Positions 12,255 through 24,464 of a DNA stretch of 64,000 nt are shown here, in pieces. Both the position numbers and the translations under genes were made by a program. A model generated the notes under the pieces. It did not search any database. It was not told the origin of the DNA and saw nothing but the letters and a program-made list of their open reading frames with translations. This DNA comes from Eledone cirrhosa. Taxonomy: Eukaryota. The stretch covers positions 434,000,001-434,064,000 of the forward strand of contig OZ024740.1 in NCBI GenBank assembly GCA_964016885.1, given 5' to 3'. Positions within the stretch are counted from its first letter, which is position 1. Each line of letters begins with the position of its first letter.

Positions 12255-12445
12255 TAATTGTTTCTACGTTTGGCACAAGGCCAGCAATTACCCAGTACAT
12301 TACGGGTACTTTATTTTATCGACCCCGTGAGGATGAAAGGCAAAGTTAACCTCAGCGGGATTTGAACTCAAACCGTAAAGGGAGGTTACTATGCTGGAAA
12401 GCATGGCGTCCAACCCTCTACCGATACTGCCACTCCACCGCCTCA
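12255..12445 (-). mobile_element. SINE S1, full length, single head
   Basis: Reverse complement of the S1 consensus; CAGAAAAT on both flanks (possible TSD). Confidence 0.9.
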
Positions 12446-13171
12446 GAAAATAATGGTGATGATAATGACACATATGTCAACACACACACGACGAGTGTTT
12501 TACTTGTCGGATATATGAAAAAGTCTACTTGTTAAATTAACGTGAAAGTGGCTGAGCATTCCATAGACACAGGTTCCCTTAATTCTGAGAGAAAGTGAGA
12601 TGTACACAGATATACATTCACGTGATATCAATGTACTCCCAGTTACCTTATATCTGGAATCTAAGGTGTTACATGGCGGCAGGGCCAGATTTAATAGGGG
12701 GAAAGGGAGAAATTTCCCCTTGCAGTGGGGGGGTTCCACCAATGACAGCCATAGCAATTTATTTGTGCCCTAGGCTGGGCTTTTTAGTTTTAGGATGGTT
12801 AGATTTTTTTATTTAATACCTGTATGTATAACTTTTCAATTCTAATTACTTGCACCAAGCTTTGATATGTAAAATTGGGGGGGGGGGGGGGGGGGGTGCT
12901 ATGTATTCTATTTTTGTGTATGAAGGGCCCTCCAAACCTGAATTTCCCTGGACTCCCCATCATAGCAGGTAATTTGTGGCAGAGGTGTAACTAGGGAAAA
13001 TAGCTCCTATGACAAGCAGTGAAATTGTGCCTCTGCCCAAACCCCTGACACCCATCTTTCAGATAACCATCAGCTCAAAAATACCAATCACGTTCGTTAA
13101 TGTTTTAATTATTGCTAGGAACCTTATAAAAAGGTCTATATTGTATAAATAACATAAATGGTCTTATAGAT

Positions 13172-15045
13172 ATGTATGTGTGTGTTTATATACAGTATAT
13201 TAAACATCTGCACAAATCAGACATTAATAGGAAGAGGCAAACTAAATCATCCAACCACCTCAAGCAGGTGACAAAAAAGGCAGTGCTTCAATTTGAGAAG
13301 TGCATAGCAACTAGCCCTGATAGTAAGGTGTTCTGGAAGTATGTTCACTCAAAGCAGAGGCCTCACTCTCCAGTTGGTCCTCTTCGCAATCCCCACACAA
13401 GCCAGGTTACTGACGACCCCAAGGAATGCGCAGAGCTCATTGCTGAATGCTATGCAGGCATTTTCACTATTGAAGACCAGAGTGTACCATCTCCACCACC
13501 TATGACACCGGACTCTATTACAACCATGGAATTTACACCTGCAATGCTGCGACGTCACCTAAAAAATAGACGCAACCATGCCTCTCCTGGTCTTGATGGT
13601 GTTACGTACCTGCTTCTTAAACGTGGTGGGTACTTCCTTCTGCACCAGTTATCACGCTTCTTCCAATTCTGTCTGAACAACAGTGCTACTCCAGAACAGT
13701 GGAAAACTGCCAGTGTAATTCCTCTGTTCAAAAAGGGTGACCGCACATCACCTGTGAACTATCGTCCAGTCAGTCTTACTAGTTGCATCGCCAAACTGAT
13801 GGAATCCTGTGTCAGAGAAACACTTTGGAACTTCTGGAGCTCTCACAGTCTTATCCGGCCCTCGCAATTTGGATTTATCCCCAACTCCAGCTGCTGTGAT
13901 CAACTTATAGAGTTTCTTGAGGACATCACCCGAATCACTGATGGCGGCTCATGGGTGGATGTTGTTTACCTTGACTTTGCGAAAGCTTTCAATTCTGTGC
14001 CACACAAAAGGCTTATGGCAAAACTCTCTGCAATGGGTGTGAAGGATGATCTTTTTAACTGGTTGAAGTCCTTCATTCTCAGTCGAAGAGAGGTAGTCAC
14101 GGTTCTGGGACAGCATTCCTCACCATATGAGATGTCATCTGGTGTACCACAGGGATCTGTTCTTGGCCCCCTTTTGTTTGTGGCATATATTAATGACATA
14201 GATGCCAACTTAAAGAATGCCACAGTACTAAAGTACGCAGACGAAATCAAGCTGTACCTTGAGATAAAAAGGACAGATCCTGAACACTATAGTTCTTGCT
14301 TGCAGTCTGACCTGGACAAAATGCAACAATGGATCTCAGACTGGCAACTCAAGCTAGCTGTGGACAAGTGCACCACCATGCATTTTGGGAGTAAAAACCC
14401 AGTGTCCACATACTCCCTCCACAACACTAATATCAAAAAGTCTTCTTGTGAACGTGACCTGGGCATTACGGTCAGCAGCGATTTGCATTGGACAAAGCAC
14501 ATCTCTAAAATTGTCAAGAGGGCCGAGAGTGTCTTAGCATCACTCAGCAAGACCTTTGTCAGCCGCTCTCCAGCTATATATTTAAGGCTGTACATGGCTA
14601 TGGTGCGGCCACACTTAGAATTTGCATCATCAGTCTGGAACCCTTATCTTGCTCAGAACATTGACCGCCTGGAAACTGTTCAGAGACGTGCAACCAAGCG
14701 AATACCCTCCATCAGGCATCTACCATACTCTGAGCGCCTTGCTTCCCTGGGCATGGATACATTGAAGCTCTGACGCCTGGCAACTGACTTGGTAAGCATC
14801 CACAAAATTGTTAACCATCTTGCCAACAACAACCCTGAGTACCTTTTTGATTTCCATGTGTCTAACACACGTGGACATGCCCACAAGGTCAGAAAACAGT
14901 ACAGTTCCCATGACTTTCGGAAACATTTTTTCACGCTCAGAGTTGCTGAAGCATTGAACAAACTACCTGTATCAGTTGTTAACTGTTGAGACTCTGCATC
15001 CTTTAAGGCCTCCATGCTTCCCGAGATTCGCCAACACTACACCTA
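13172..15045 (+). pseudogene. CR1-like ORF2 (RT), disabled
   Basis: Catalytic YADD reads YADE. In-frame TGA stops at 14771 and 14987 sit where CGA (Arg) would read through (LKL*RLATDL; NC*DSASFK), consistent with CpG decay. Confidence 0.85.
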
Positions 15046-15120
15046 ATCTTCCCCCTCCATACACATACACACATGTATATCATGACTCATACACTATTGA
15101 CTTCCCTGGTCAGAATGAAG

Positions 15121-15148
<28 letters not shown>
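13245..15148 (+). mobile_element. 5'-truncated CR1/L2-group LINE with (TA)n at 3' end
   Basis: FWKYV, SPGLDG, NYRPVSLTS, YLDFAKAF, GVPQGSVLGPLLF, RPHLEFASSVWNP, VQRRATK, TRGH, FF.LRV motifs. The 5' boundary is approximate. Confidence 0.92.
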
Positions 15149-15151
<3 letters not shown>

Positions 15152-15234
15152 CTGGATGCCCGTCCTAACACCAACCTCATTTATAGTGAGTATATATAAA
15201 TTACATATATTATTTAATTTTATATATATATATA

Positions 15235-15395
15235 CATCATCATCATCATCATCATCGTTTAACGTCCGTATTCCACGCTTGCATGGGTTTGGACGGGAGT
15301 TTTCCCACTTGAGGCAAGAGTGGTTGTCATGCTCGCATAGGACTGTCTGGCAGGTTTTCTACGGTGGATGCCCTTCCTAACACCAACCACATTTA
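15235..15395 (-). mobile_element. RTE (R1-type) 3'UTR/tail fragment
   Basis: (CAT)n GTTTAACGTCCG…GCATGGGTT…GGATGCCCTTCCTAACACCAAC. Confidence 0.8.
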
Positions 15396-15754
15396 CAATA
15401 TATATATTACATATATTATTTAACAATGATAACAAAGGCAAGTTATTTTACATATATCATATCGATATATTGACTAATCTATAGCAGTTAGATAACTATA
15501 TACTATCAGACATAATATATGGGTTTGATCATACCGTCTTGTTCGGAGCTAACGGATTATATTGAGTTCTAACTACGGTATAGACCCTACCTTGAAAGGT
15601 AGACCACATCGAATATATATATATACACATTCACACATACATTATAAAGTATGTATAATCGAAGTCACTGTTGCAACATATATATAAACTTTATTCCAAA
15701 TATATCTCGATATTTATCAGCTCGATGTATAAACGATTGTAATATGCCAATAAA

Positions 15755-15823
<69 letters not shown>

Positions 15824-15889
15824 GCTGCAACAGAGACTTCGATTCTACTTGCTTTATTTATACTCGGCTCACTTCAGCCACCTTAACTC

Positions 15890-16035
15890 TATGTTCTGAG
15901 TTCAAATACCGCCGTTGTTTGCTTAGCCTTTCATCCTTACGGGATCGATAAAATAAAGTACCAGTTACAGTCGATTTAATCGACTTTGACTTCCCTTCAG
16001 ATTCCTGGCCTTGTGCCTAATATAGAAACCATTAT
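15890..16035 (+). mobile_element. SINE, S1-related subfamily
   Basis: GAGTTCAAAT B-box, same core, internal AGTCGATTTAATCGACT hairpin, GGCCTTGTGCC tail. Confidence 0.8.
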
Positions 16036-16170
16036 TTATTCAATCTTTTCACATTTGATCCAATAATTGTAGTTCGGATTGCTCCACGGGTTAGTTTCGT
16101 TAAGTTCCGGTCATATTCGTTTACTTCCGGAATAACAACATCTTGTAAGAGAAGAGAGTCGGATATTGGC

Positions 16171-17561
16171 AAGAATGGTATAGATCAGTGGTTCCCAACC
16201 TGTTCAGCCCCTGCCGAGAATGGTATAGATGAGTGGTTCCCAACCTGTTCAGCCCCTGCCGAGAATGGTATAGATGAGTGGTTCCCAACCTGTTCAGCCC
16301 CTGCCGAGAATGGTATAGATCAGTGGTTCCCAACCTGTTCAGCCCTTGCCGAGAATGGTATAGAACAGTGGTTCCCAACCTGTTCAGCCCCTGCCGAGAA
16401 TGGTATAGATCAGTGGTTCCCAACCTGTTCAGCCCTTGCCGAGAATGGTATAGATCAGTGGTTCCCAACCTGTTCAGCCCTTGCCGAGAATGGTATAGAA
16501 CAGTGGTTCCCAACCTGTTCAGCCCCTGCTGAGAATGGTATAGATCAGTGGTTCCCAACCTGTTCAGCCCCTGCCGAGAATGGTATAGGTCAGTGGTTCC
16601 CAACCTGTTCAGCCCTTGCCGAGAATGGTATAGATGAGTGGTTCCCAACCTGTTCAGCCCCTGCCAAGAATGGTATAGATCAGTGGTTCCCAACCTGTTC
16701 AGCCCCTGCCGAGAATGGTATAGATGAGTGGTTCCCAACCTGTTCAGCCCCTGCCGAGAATGGTATAGATCAGTGGTTCCCAACCTGTTCAGCCCCTGCC
16801 GAGAATGGTATAGGTCAGTGGTTCCCAACCTGTTCAGCCCCTGCCGAGAATGGTATAGATGAGTGGTTCCCAACCTGTTCAGCCCCTGCTGAGAATGGTA
16901 TAGATCAGTGGTTCCCAACCTGTTCAGCCCCTGCCGAGAATGGTATAGATGAGTGGTTCCCAACCTGTTCAGCCCCTGCCGAGAATGGTATAGATGAGTG
17001 GTTCCCAACCTGTTCAGCCCCTGCCGAGAATGGTATAGATGAGTAGTTCCGAACCTGTTCAGCCCCTGCCGAGAATGGTATAGATGAGTGGTTCCCAACC
17101 TGTTCAGCCCCTGCCGAGAATGGTATAGATGAGTGGTTCCCAACCTGTTCAGCCCCTGCCGAGAATGGTATAGATGAGTGGTTCCCAACCTGTTCAGCCC
17201 CTGCCGAGAATGGTATAGATGAGTGGTTCCCAACCTGTTCAGCCCCTGCCGAGAATGGTATAGATGAGTGGTTCCCAACCTGTTCAGCCCCTGCCGAGAA
17301 TGGTATAGATGAGTAGTTCCCAACCTGTTCAGCCCCTGCCGAGAATGGTATAGATGAGTGGTTCCCAACCTGTTCAGCCCCTGCCGAGAATGGTATAGAT
17401 GAGTGGTTCCCAACCTGTTCAGCCCCTGCCGAGAATGGTATAGATGAGTGGTTCCCAACCTGTTCAGCCCCTGCCGAGAATGGTATAGATGAGTGGTTCC
17501 CAACCTGTTCAGCCCCTGCCGAGAATGGTATAGATGAGTGGTTTCCAACCTGTTCAGCCCC
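16171..17561. repeat. 45-bp minisatellite, ~31 copies, built on a hAT/Charlie-like terminus
   Basis: Unit GAGAATGGTATAGAT-CAGTGGTTCCCAACCTGTTCAGCCCCTGCC. Confidence 0.96.
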
Positions 17562-17680
17562 ATGCCCTACTTTCATATAAAAACAACAATGATCAACTAC
17601 AAAGTGTAAACAAATTGGCGTCTGGGTGATGCCAGATACACAGTAATGTGTGGAGTAGGTGCGAAATCAAGCCAGAATCA

Positions 17681-19902
17681 GTGGTGTGGTGTAGTGTAGT
17701 GTGGTGTGGTGTGGTGTAGTGTAGTGTGGTGTGGTGTGGTGTAGTGTGGTGTAGTGTAGTGTAGTATAGTGTGGTGTAGTGTGGTGTGGTGTGGTGTAGT
17801 GTGGTGTGGTGTAGTGTAGTATAGTGTGGTGTAGTGTGGTGTGGTGTGGTGTGGTGTAGTGTGGTGTGGTGTGGTGTAGTGTGGTGTGGTGTGGTGTAGT
17901 GTGGTGTAGTGTAGTGTAGTATAGTGTGGTGTAGTGTGGTGTGGTGTGGTGTAGTGTAGTGTAGTATAGTGTGGTGTAGTATAGTGTGGTGTAGTGTGGT
18001 GTGGTGTGGTGTAGTGTGGTGTAGTGTGGTGTGGTGTGGTGTGGTGTAGTGTGGTGTGGTGTGGTGTAGTGTGGTGTGGTGTAGTGTGGTGTAGTGTGGT
18101 GTGGTGTGGTGTCGTGTGGTGTAGTGTAGTGTAGTATAGTGTGGTGTAGTGTGGTGTGGTGTAGTGTGGTGTAGTGTGGTGTGGTGTAGTGTGGTGTAGT
18201 GTAGTGTACTGAGGTGTGGTGTGGTGTGGTGTGGTGTAGTGTAGTGTAGTGTACTGTGGTGTGGTATAGTGTGGTGTGGTGTGGTGTAGTGTAGTGTGGT
18301 GTGGTGTGGTGTAGTGTGGTGTGGTGTGGTGTAGTGTGGTGTACTGTGGGGTGGTGTGGTGTAGTGTGGTGTGGTGTGGTCTAGTGTAGTGTGGTGTGGT
18401 GTGGTGTAGTGTGGTGTAGTGTAGTGTAGTGTGGTGTAGTGTGGTGTAGTGTAGTGTGGTGTGGTGTAGTGTAGTGTAGTGTAGTGTAGTGTAGTGTACT
18501 GTGGTGTGGTGTGGTATAGTGTGGGGTGGTGTGGTGTAGTGTGGTGTGGTATAGTGTGGTGTGGTCTAGTGTAGTGTGGTGTAGTGTGGTGTGGTGTAGT
18601 GTGGTGTAGTGTGGTGTAGTGTAGTGTAGTGTGGTGTAGTGTAGTGTGGTGTGGTGTAGTGTAGTGTAGTGTAGTGTAGTGTACTGTGGTGTGGTGTGGT
18701 GTGGTATAGTGTGGTCTAGTGTAGTGTGGTGTAGTGTGGTGTGGTGTAGTGTAGTGTAGTGTGGTGTAGTGTAGTGTGGTGTGGTGTAGTGTAGTGTGGT
18801 GTAGTGTAGTGTAGTGTGGTGTAGTGTAGTGTGGTGTAGTGTAGTGTGGTGTAGTGTAGTGTAGTGTGGTGTGGTGTGGTGTAGTGTGGTGTAGTGTAGT
18901 GTACTGTGGTGTGGTGTGGTGTGGTGTGGTATAGTGTAGTGTGGTCTAGTGTGGTGTAGTGTAGTGTAGTGTGGTGTAGTGTAGTGTGGTGTGGTGTGGT
19001 GTAGTGTGGTGTAGTGTGGTGTACTGTGGTGTGGTGTGGTGTGGTCTAGTGTAGTGTGGTGTAGTGTGGTGTGGTGTAGTGTAGTGTGGTGTGGGTTGGT
19101 GTAGTGTGGTGTGGTGTAGTGTGGTGTGGTGTGGTGTAGTGTGGTGTGGTGTAGTGTAGTGTACTGTGGTGTGGTGTGGTGTGGTGTGGTATAGTGTGGT
19201 GTGGTCTAGTGTAGTGTGGTGTAGTGTGGTGTGGTGTAGTGTAGTGTAGTGTAGTGTGGTGTAGTGTAGTGTAGTGTGGTGTAGTGTAGTGTACTGTGGT
19301 GTGGTGTGGTGTGGTGTAGTGTGGTGTGGTGTAGTGTAGTGTGGTGTAGTGTGGTGTGGTGTAGTGTGGTGTAGTGTAGTGTAGTGTAGTGTAGTGTGGT
19401 GTAGTGTAGTGTACTGTGGTGTGGTGTGGTCTAGTGTAGTGTGGTGTAGTGTGGTGTGGTGTAGTGTGGTGTGGTGTAGTGTAGTGTAGTGTGGTGTAGT
19501 GTGGTGTAGTGTACTGTGGTGTGGTGTAGTGTGGTGTGGTATAGTGTGGTGTGGTCTAGTGTAGTGTGGTGTGGTGTGGTGTAGTGTGGTGTGGTATAGT
19601 GTGGTGTGGTCTAGTGTAGTGTGGTGTAGTGCGGTGTGGTGTAGTGTAGTGTGGTGTGGTGTAGTGTGGTGTAGAGTGGTCTGGTGTGGGTTGGTGTAGT
19701 GGGGTGTAGTGTGGTGTAGTGTAGTGTAGTGTAGTGTAGTGTAGTGTAGTGTAGTGTAGTGTAGTGTAGTGTAGTGTGGCGTGGCGTGGCGTGGCGTGGC
19801 GTGGCGTGGCGTGGCGTGGCGGTGTTGTAGTGTGGTGTGGCGGTGTTGTAGTGTGGTGTGGTGTGGTGTGGCGGTGTTGTAGTGTGGTGTAGTGTAGTGT
19901 GT
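17681..19902. repeat. (GTGGT/GTAGT)n pentanucleotide satellite, ~2.2 kb
   Basis: Direct; ends in a short (GTGGC)n patch. Confidence 0.97.
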
Positions 19903-19917
19903 AGGGAGGGTGCAATA

Positions 19918-20671
19918 TCTGTATATAAAGACGAAGTCTTCTGTATGTGTGTGTATATATGTGTGGACAATTTTTAATGGGGCCTCATATATTCTAAACC
20001 ATTCATGCGATTTCTTTGAAATTTTTTACAGAGCTTCTCCTTGCACAAAACCTGTACATGATCTACAAAGGCTTTCAAAAATCGATATTGGGGCCTTTGG
20101 AGACATTAAAAAATTTCGGTTGTTTGTGTCAATTTTCGTGATTAAGTAAGACAAGAGTTATCTTTCGTCAATATAATAGGAACTCATTTTTGATGACGTT
20201 GGCTCTTCTCGAGTTGGTAATCCTGACAACCTATTTATTTATGCTCCTGACGGGAAAATCAAAAATGTCTGCTCTTCGGTAATCCAAAAGACAATGAGTG
20301 CTCCCACACAACATCCACCTCTTTTTAACGATTTGCTCATCCATCAGTTCCCCCCTGTCCAATCTGTATTGTTATTCCAACCTGTATTGTTATTCCACAT
20401 AATAGTGTCTATTATTCACTTAATTTCTCTATTTCATGATGCGCTTTTACTGTTGTCAAAAACATTTATACCCTGACTGGATTTCTGTTGTTACATGGGA
20501 TAACAGATGACACCGAGCTCACATATTAATTATTTCGCTGGAAAAGTTGCCTAAGGTTTTCATGCTTACATAAATACGTTTTTCTTCTATCTATTCAAAT
20601 TTACTTTGTTTAGTTTAATGAGCTACATCGAAAGCTACTTGAACCGTGCAAAGAACGGGTACTTTAACTAG
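19918..20671 (+). mobile_element. Non-autonomous Helitron
   Basis: 5' A|TCTGTATATAAAG; 3' imperfect hairpin AACCGTGCAAAGAACGGGT then CTAG|T. Internal remnant (20195-20268) translates SRVGNPDNLFIYAPDGKIKNV, matching the end of Helitron Pif1-like helicases. Confidence 0.8.
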
Positions 20672-21003
20672 TAATAAATATTTATTAGTTTATTTCAGTG
20701 AAAATATTTTTCGTATTCTAATGAAGACTGACAAATGGATTGTAGATCGTTGTTACACAGAGATGGATAGATAGAAAGATAGATATATTTCTTTATTTAC
20801 CATAAAGGCATAAAAAGAAGGGACAAATACAAAGGGGGAGTTTACATAAAATCGAGTAAAGAGGGTATAAAATGAAAATAATCGAAAACAACCTCAAAAG
20901 GGAGGGGACGTGATGGGGGGTTGCACACCCCCCCGAAAAAGTGTGCAATCCTTTGCCCGGGGAGCACATGGAGAAGGTGCTCCCCTCTCCTTCACTTCTT
21001 TAC

Positions 21004-24000
21004 CTACAGGATGGTATACAGAGAAGGCCCATTTACACGAGCCATTCTCGCCACTATCACCCACCTTTCATAAAACTGCCTGTGGCCAAGCACCTCTCTC
21101 GCCATTCTTATCCTTCTTCCGAAGTGATATCGGAAGAAGTAGACCAGACTATGGCCAGAGAGGAAGTTGCCTGACCTCAGACCTTTCAATCGTGTCCACC
21201 AAACAACCTCTTTCAACATGGCTATTACGCACAGAAAAACCGCCTTTGCTTCCTTTGTGAAGAGGGGAGGCGGCTTGATTGTCATCACGGACTCGGTGGT
21301 CAATCGAATCGGCGCCACCCGCGACAGCAGTCGTTCGGCGTAGCCCCACAGATCAGCCACGCCCGGACATTGCACCAATGCGTGCGCAACGGTTTCTTCG
21401 TGACGCACGCATCTAGGGCAAATCTTTTTCGAGGGATCCCTGCCCGAGCGCCCGTGTCTGTAGAGCCTCTCTCGAACGGGTAGAGCCCCCCGGTAGCACT
21501 GCCAGGCTAGTGACTTCTGGAAGTTGTCCATTGGTCCCGGGCCGAAAGTCCTACCGAACAGGCTGGCCAGTTCGTCCTCTTCCATGTCCAGCGACTCTCC
21601 AAGGGTGTTATCGCCCCTGCTAGCCACCAGCCCTCTATAGAATGATGAGGTGGATTCTCCACCGATGGCCTGGCCCGCTTGCCATAGAGCCCTGAGCGCC
21701 TGGGCACACTCAGTGTGCCAGTCTCCCAGTTTTCCGGATCTTTGCTTGACCCAGGACTGCATCTCGGTGAGCGAGACGAGTCTCGGAAAGGCTCGTTTCA
21801 CGAACGGAGCCCACACCGGTTGACCAGTGAGGAATACCTGTAGGTGCCGTAGCCTTAATGCATGCCTACGCATCATCAACCACGACATCCCCAGCCCTCC
21901 TTTCGAAGGTTGTTGGCAGCAGATGGATCTTCTCACCATAGGAGGGCGCTTCTTCCAAAGAGCATGCGTTCCATGGTGGTGAGTGTTTCCTTAGGGCAAG
22001 GCACGACAGTCAGGCGGTAGTAAGTGATGGACGCTATGTAAATGTTCGCCACCTCCGCCCGGCCTTTTAGGGACAGCTTACACTTGGCCCATTTCTGGGT
22101 TAGTGCAAACACCTTGTTCGTAACCTCGTCCCAGTTCTTTTCCACCTGGAGGTCCGGTCCAAACCAGACCCCAAGCAACTTCACCGGGCCCTCCGTCCAG
22201 TGTCCGACGACACCGTCGGGAGGCATCGGTCTGCCTCTCCACGTTCCGAGTTGCAGCCCGATGGATTTTTCCCGGTTCAGTTTCGCTCCTGACAACCTTT
22301 CGTAATCCTCCAGTAAGGTACCGATCGCCTCGATCTCCGAGTCGGTCGATACCATTACTGCTACGTCATCGGCGTAGGCCGACACCGCTTTGCTCAATCC
22401 TGGTTCCAGGGGGATACCCTGCAACAACTCCAACTTCCTCAGTAAAGGGTTCGAGAGTCAATACGTACAGAAGGGAGGAGAGAGGGCACCCCTGTCGAAT
22501 GGATCGTGTGATTTCGAACGGCTTCGAAAGGTAGCCGTTCACCTTGATCCTAGAACAGATGTGGTTGCTATGTAAGGCAGTGATCCAGCCTCTGAAAACA
22601 GGACCGAACCCAGCCGCCGCTAGCACCGCATCCAGGTAACCATGGCCGACCCTATCGAAGGCCTTAGACTGATCCAAGTTGATCAGGGCCCCACCGAAGC
22701 CGGGTTTGTTGCCAACCCTCTCTATAATCTATCGCATGAGGTGGAGGTTATCGTGAATGGACCTGGATGAGATAGCACATGTCTGCGCATCTCCCACCAG
22801 GCCACCCACGACAAGCGCCAACCTCTTTGCTAACACCTTGGCCAAAATCTTTAACTCTGTGTTTAGCAGGGTTATGGGCCGAAAATGATTTATACTATCC
22901 CCCTTGTTCTCGTCCTTCCTCACCAGCGAGACTACGCCCTTGGCTACAGAACAAGGAATTCTCCCGTTCTGCTGCCAATTGCAGTAGACCGCTTCGAGGA
23001 GTTCGGAGAAGAAGACCGGCATTGCTAAATAAAGTTCGTAAGGTATACCATCGAGACCTGGAGATTTGCGTCTGCTGCATTGGCTCAGCGCATCCCCGAT
23101 CTCATCAGCCGAGATTGGTCCCTCGCAGGACTCTGCCTCTTCGCTCGAGAGACGCGGCAGGCCGTCGAGGTATGGACCGAAATCCACGTCCCCGCCTGGA
23201 CCCTCCCCTCCCCCGAATAATCGGGCAAAGTGCCTTTGAAAGGCCTCGCACATCTGCTTAGGCTCCCGGATCACCCGTCCATCCTCGTCTTGCAAAGACC
23301 GGATGGTGGATCGATTTCCACTCTTAGCTTCTGTCACGCGGGCCCAGCCAACGGCTTTGGCCCCCTCATTACCTAGAGCACGTATTTTACTTCGAATGAC
23401 GCAGCCTTCGTGCTTTGCATCGAAAAACTGGTTCAAGGCCGTCCTCGATGCCAGCACTCTGGCCACATCTTCGCTCTTGATTGCCTCTTCTAATTTACCT
23501 GTTAATTCTTTCTCGTTTCTATTCCTATTGGCAGCTAACATCTTGCTATAACTTATTGATTCTGTTCTAATCTCTCTTTTGAGAGATGCCCACCATCGGT
23601 TGTTGACGATTGCACCCGTCAACCTCTCCTTAACTAATCTGCTAACCCGGTTTCTGTAAGTCTCTTTTGCCGGTAAAGACAAATTAAGTTTCCAGTAACC
23701 GGGACCCTGTTTATGTGTTTTCTCGAGATTGACTACGCAGGTCACTAATTTGTGATCCGTATAGCCAACCGTGAGCATTTCTGGACAGCTTAATATGTCC
23801 CTATCCTTACTTCTAACTAAGAATCTATCTAAGTACGATCTAGATTGACCACTGTGGTTCGTCCAAGTCCAGGTTGGCACAGTTGGAAAATCTAGTCGAT
23901 ATCTATCGACCAAGTTAAAACGGTCGAGTAACCCCTTGAGGCTGTTACACCCCCCTCTATTAGGACATGCTCCTGCATAGTCCCAACGTGCATCTAGGAT

Positions 24001-24431
24001 GTCATTCCAATCCCCCGCTAGAAGCAGGGAACGCGACGTTCCCAGAAAAGTCTCCAAACGCTGGAAGAAGTCGTCCGTTCAGCTCCGAAAGGGGAGTAGA
24101 CGGCGACCAGTCTCAAGGCCGCACCTTCACTACTGCCAACGTCTAGCACCAACAAACGACCCTCCGGGTCCGAGTGAACAACCTGTACGGCGAGACCCAG
24201 GTATTTTTCCAGCAGTACGACAACCCTACCCCCACCTCCAGGTTGACAGAGAGATGCATGCACCTCAAAGTCATCGAAGGTAGGGGCCAGCTGCCGTACG
24301 ACGCTGATCCGAGTCTCACAGATAACCATTACATTTATACCACGTGACCTGAGGTCATTTAGAAGCTTTGCTTGCTTCCAAGTTGAGCCCAGGCCACGTG
24401 CATTCAAACATCCTACTCTTAACACATCCAT
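21004..24431 (-). pseudogene. Copy A ORF2 (AP endonuclease-reverse transcriptase), ~4 disruptions
   Basis: GCLNARGL, ICET, GDWN, SYLDRFL, TDHK, GYWKLN (APE); SPGLDG, FRPITLLN, DQSKAFDRV, RQGCPLS, AYADD (RT); CPRC…EETVAHALVQC. Confidence 0.9.
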
Positions 24432-24464
24432 GTGGGCGGCAAAGCCAAAGGAGAGTGTAGAGAC

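Noticed and set aside
16121-17576. 480-aa and 223-aa repetitive ORFs
   Set aside because: Artefact of the 45-bp (3n) satellite.
17681-19902. Telomeric repeat or information-bearing binary GTGGT/GTAGT pattern
   Set aside because: Not TTAGGG; internal location; the pattern is explained by slippage with local higher-order duplications.
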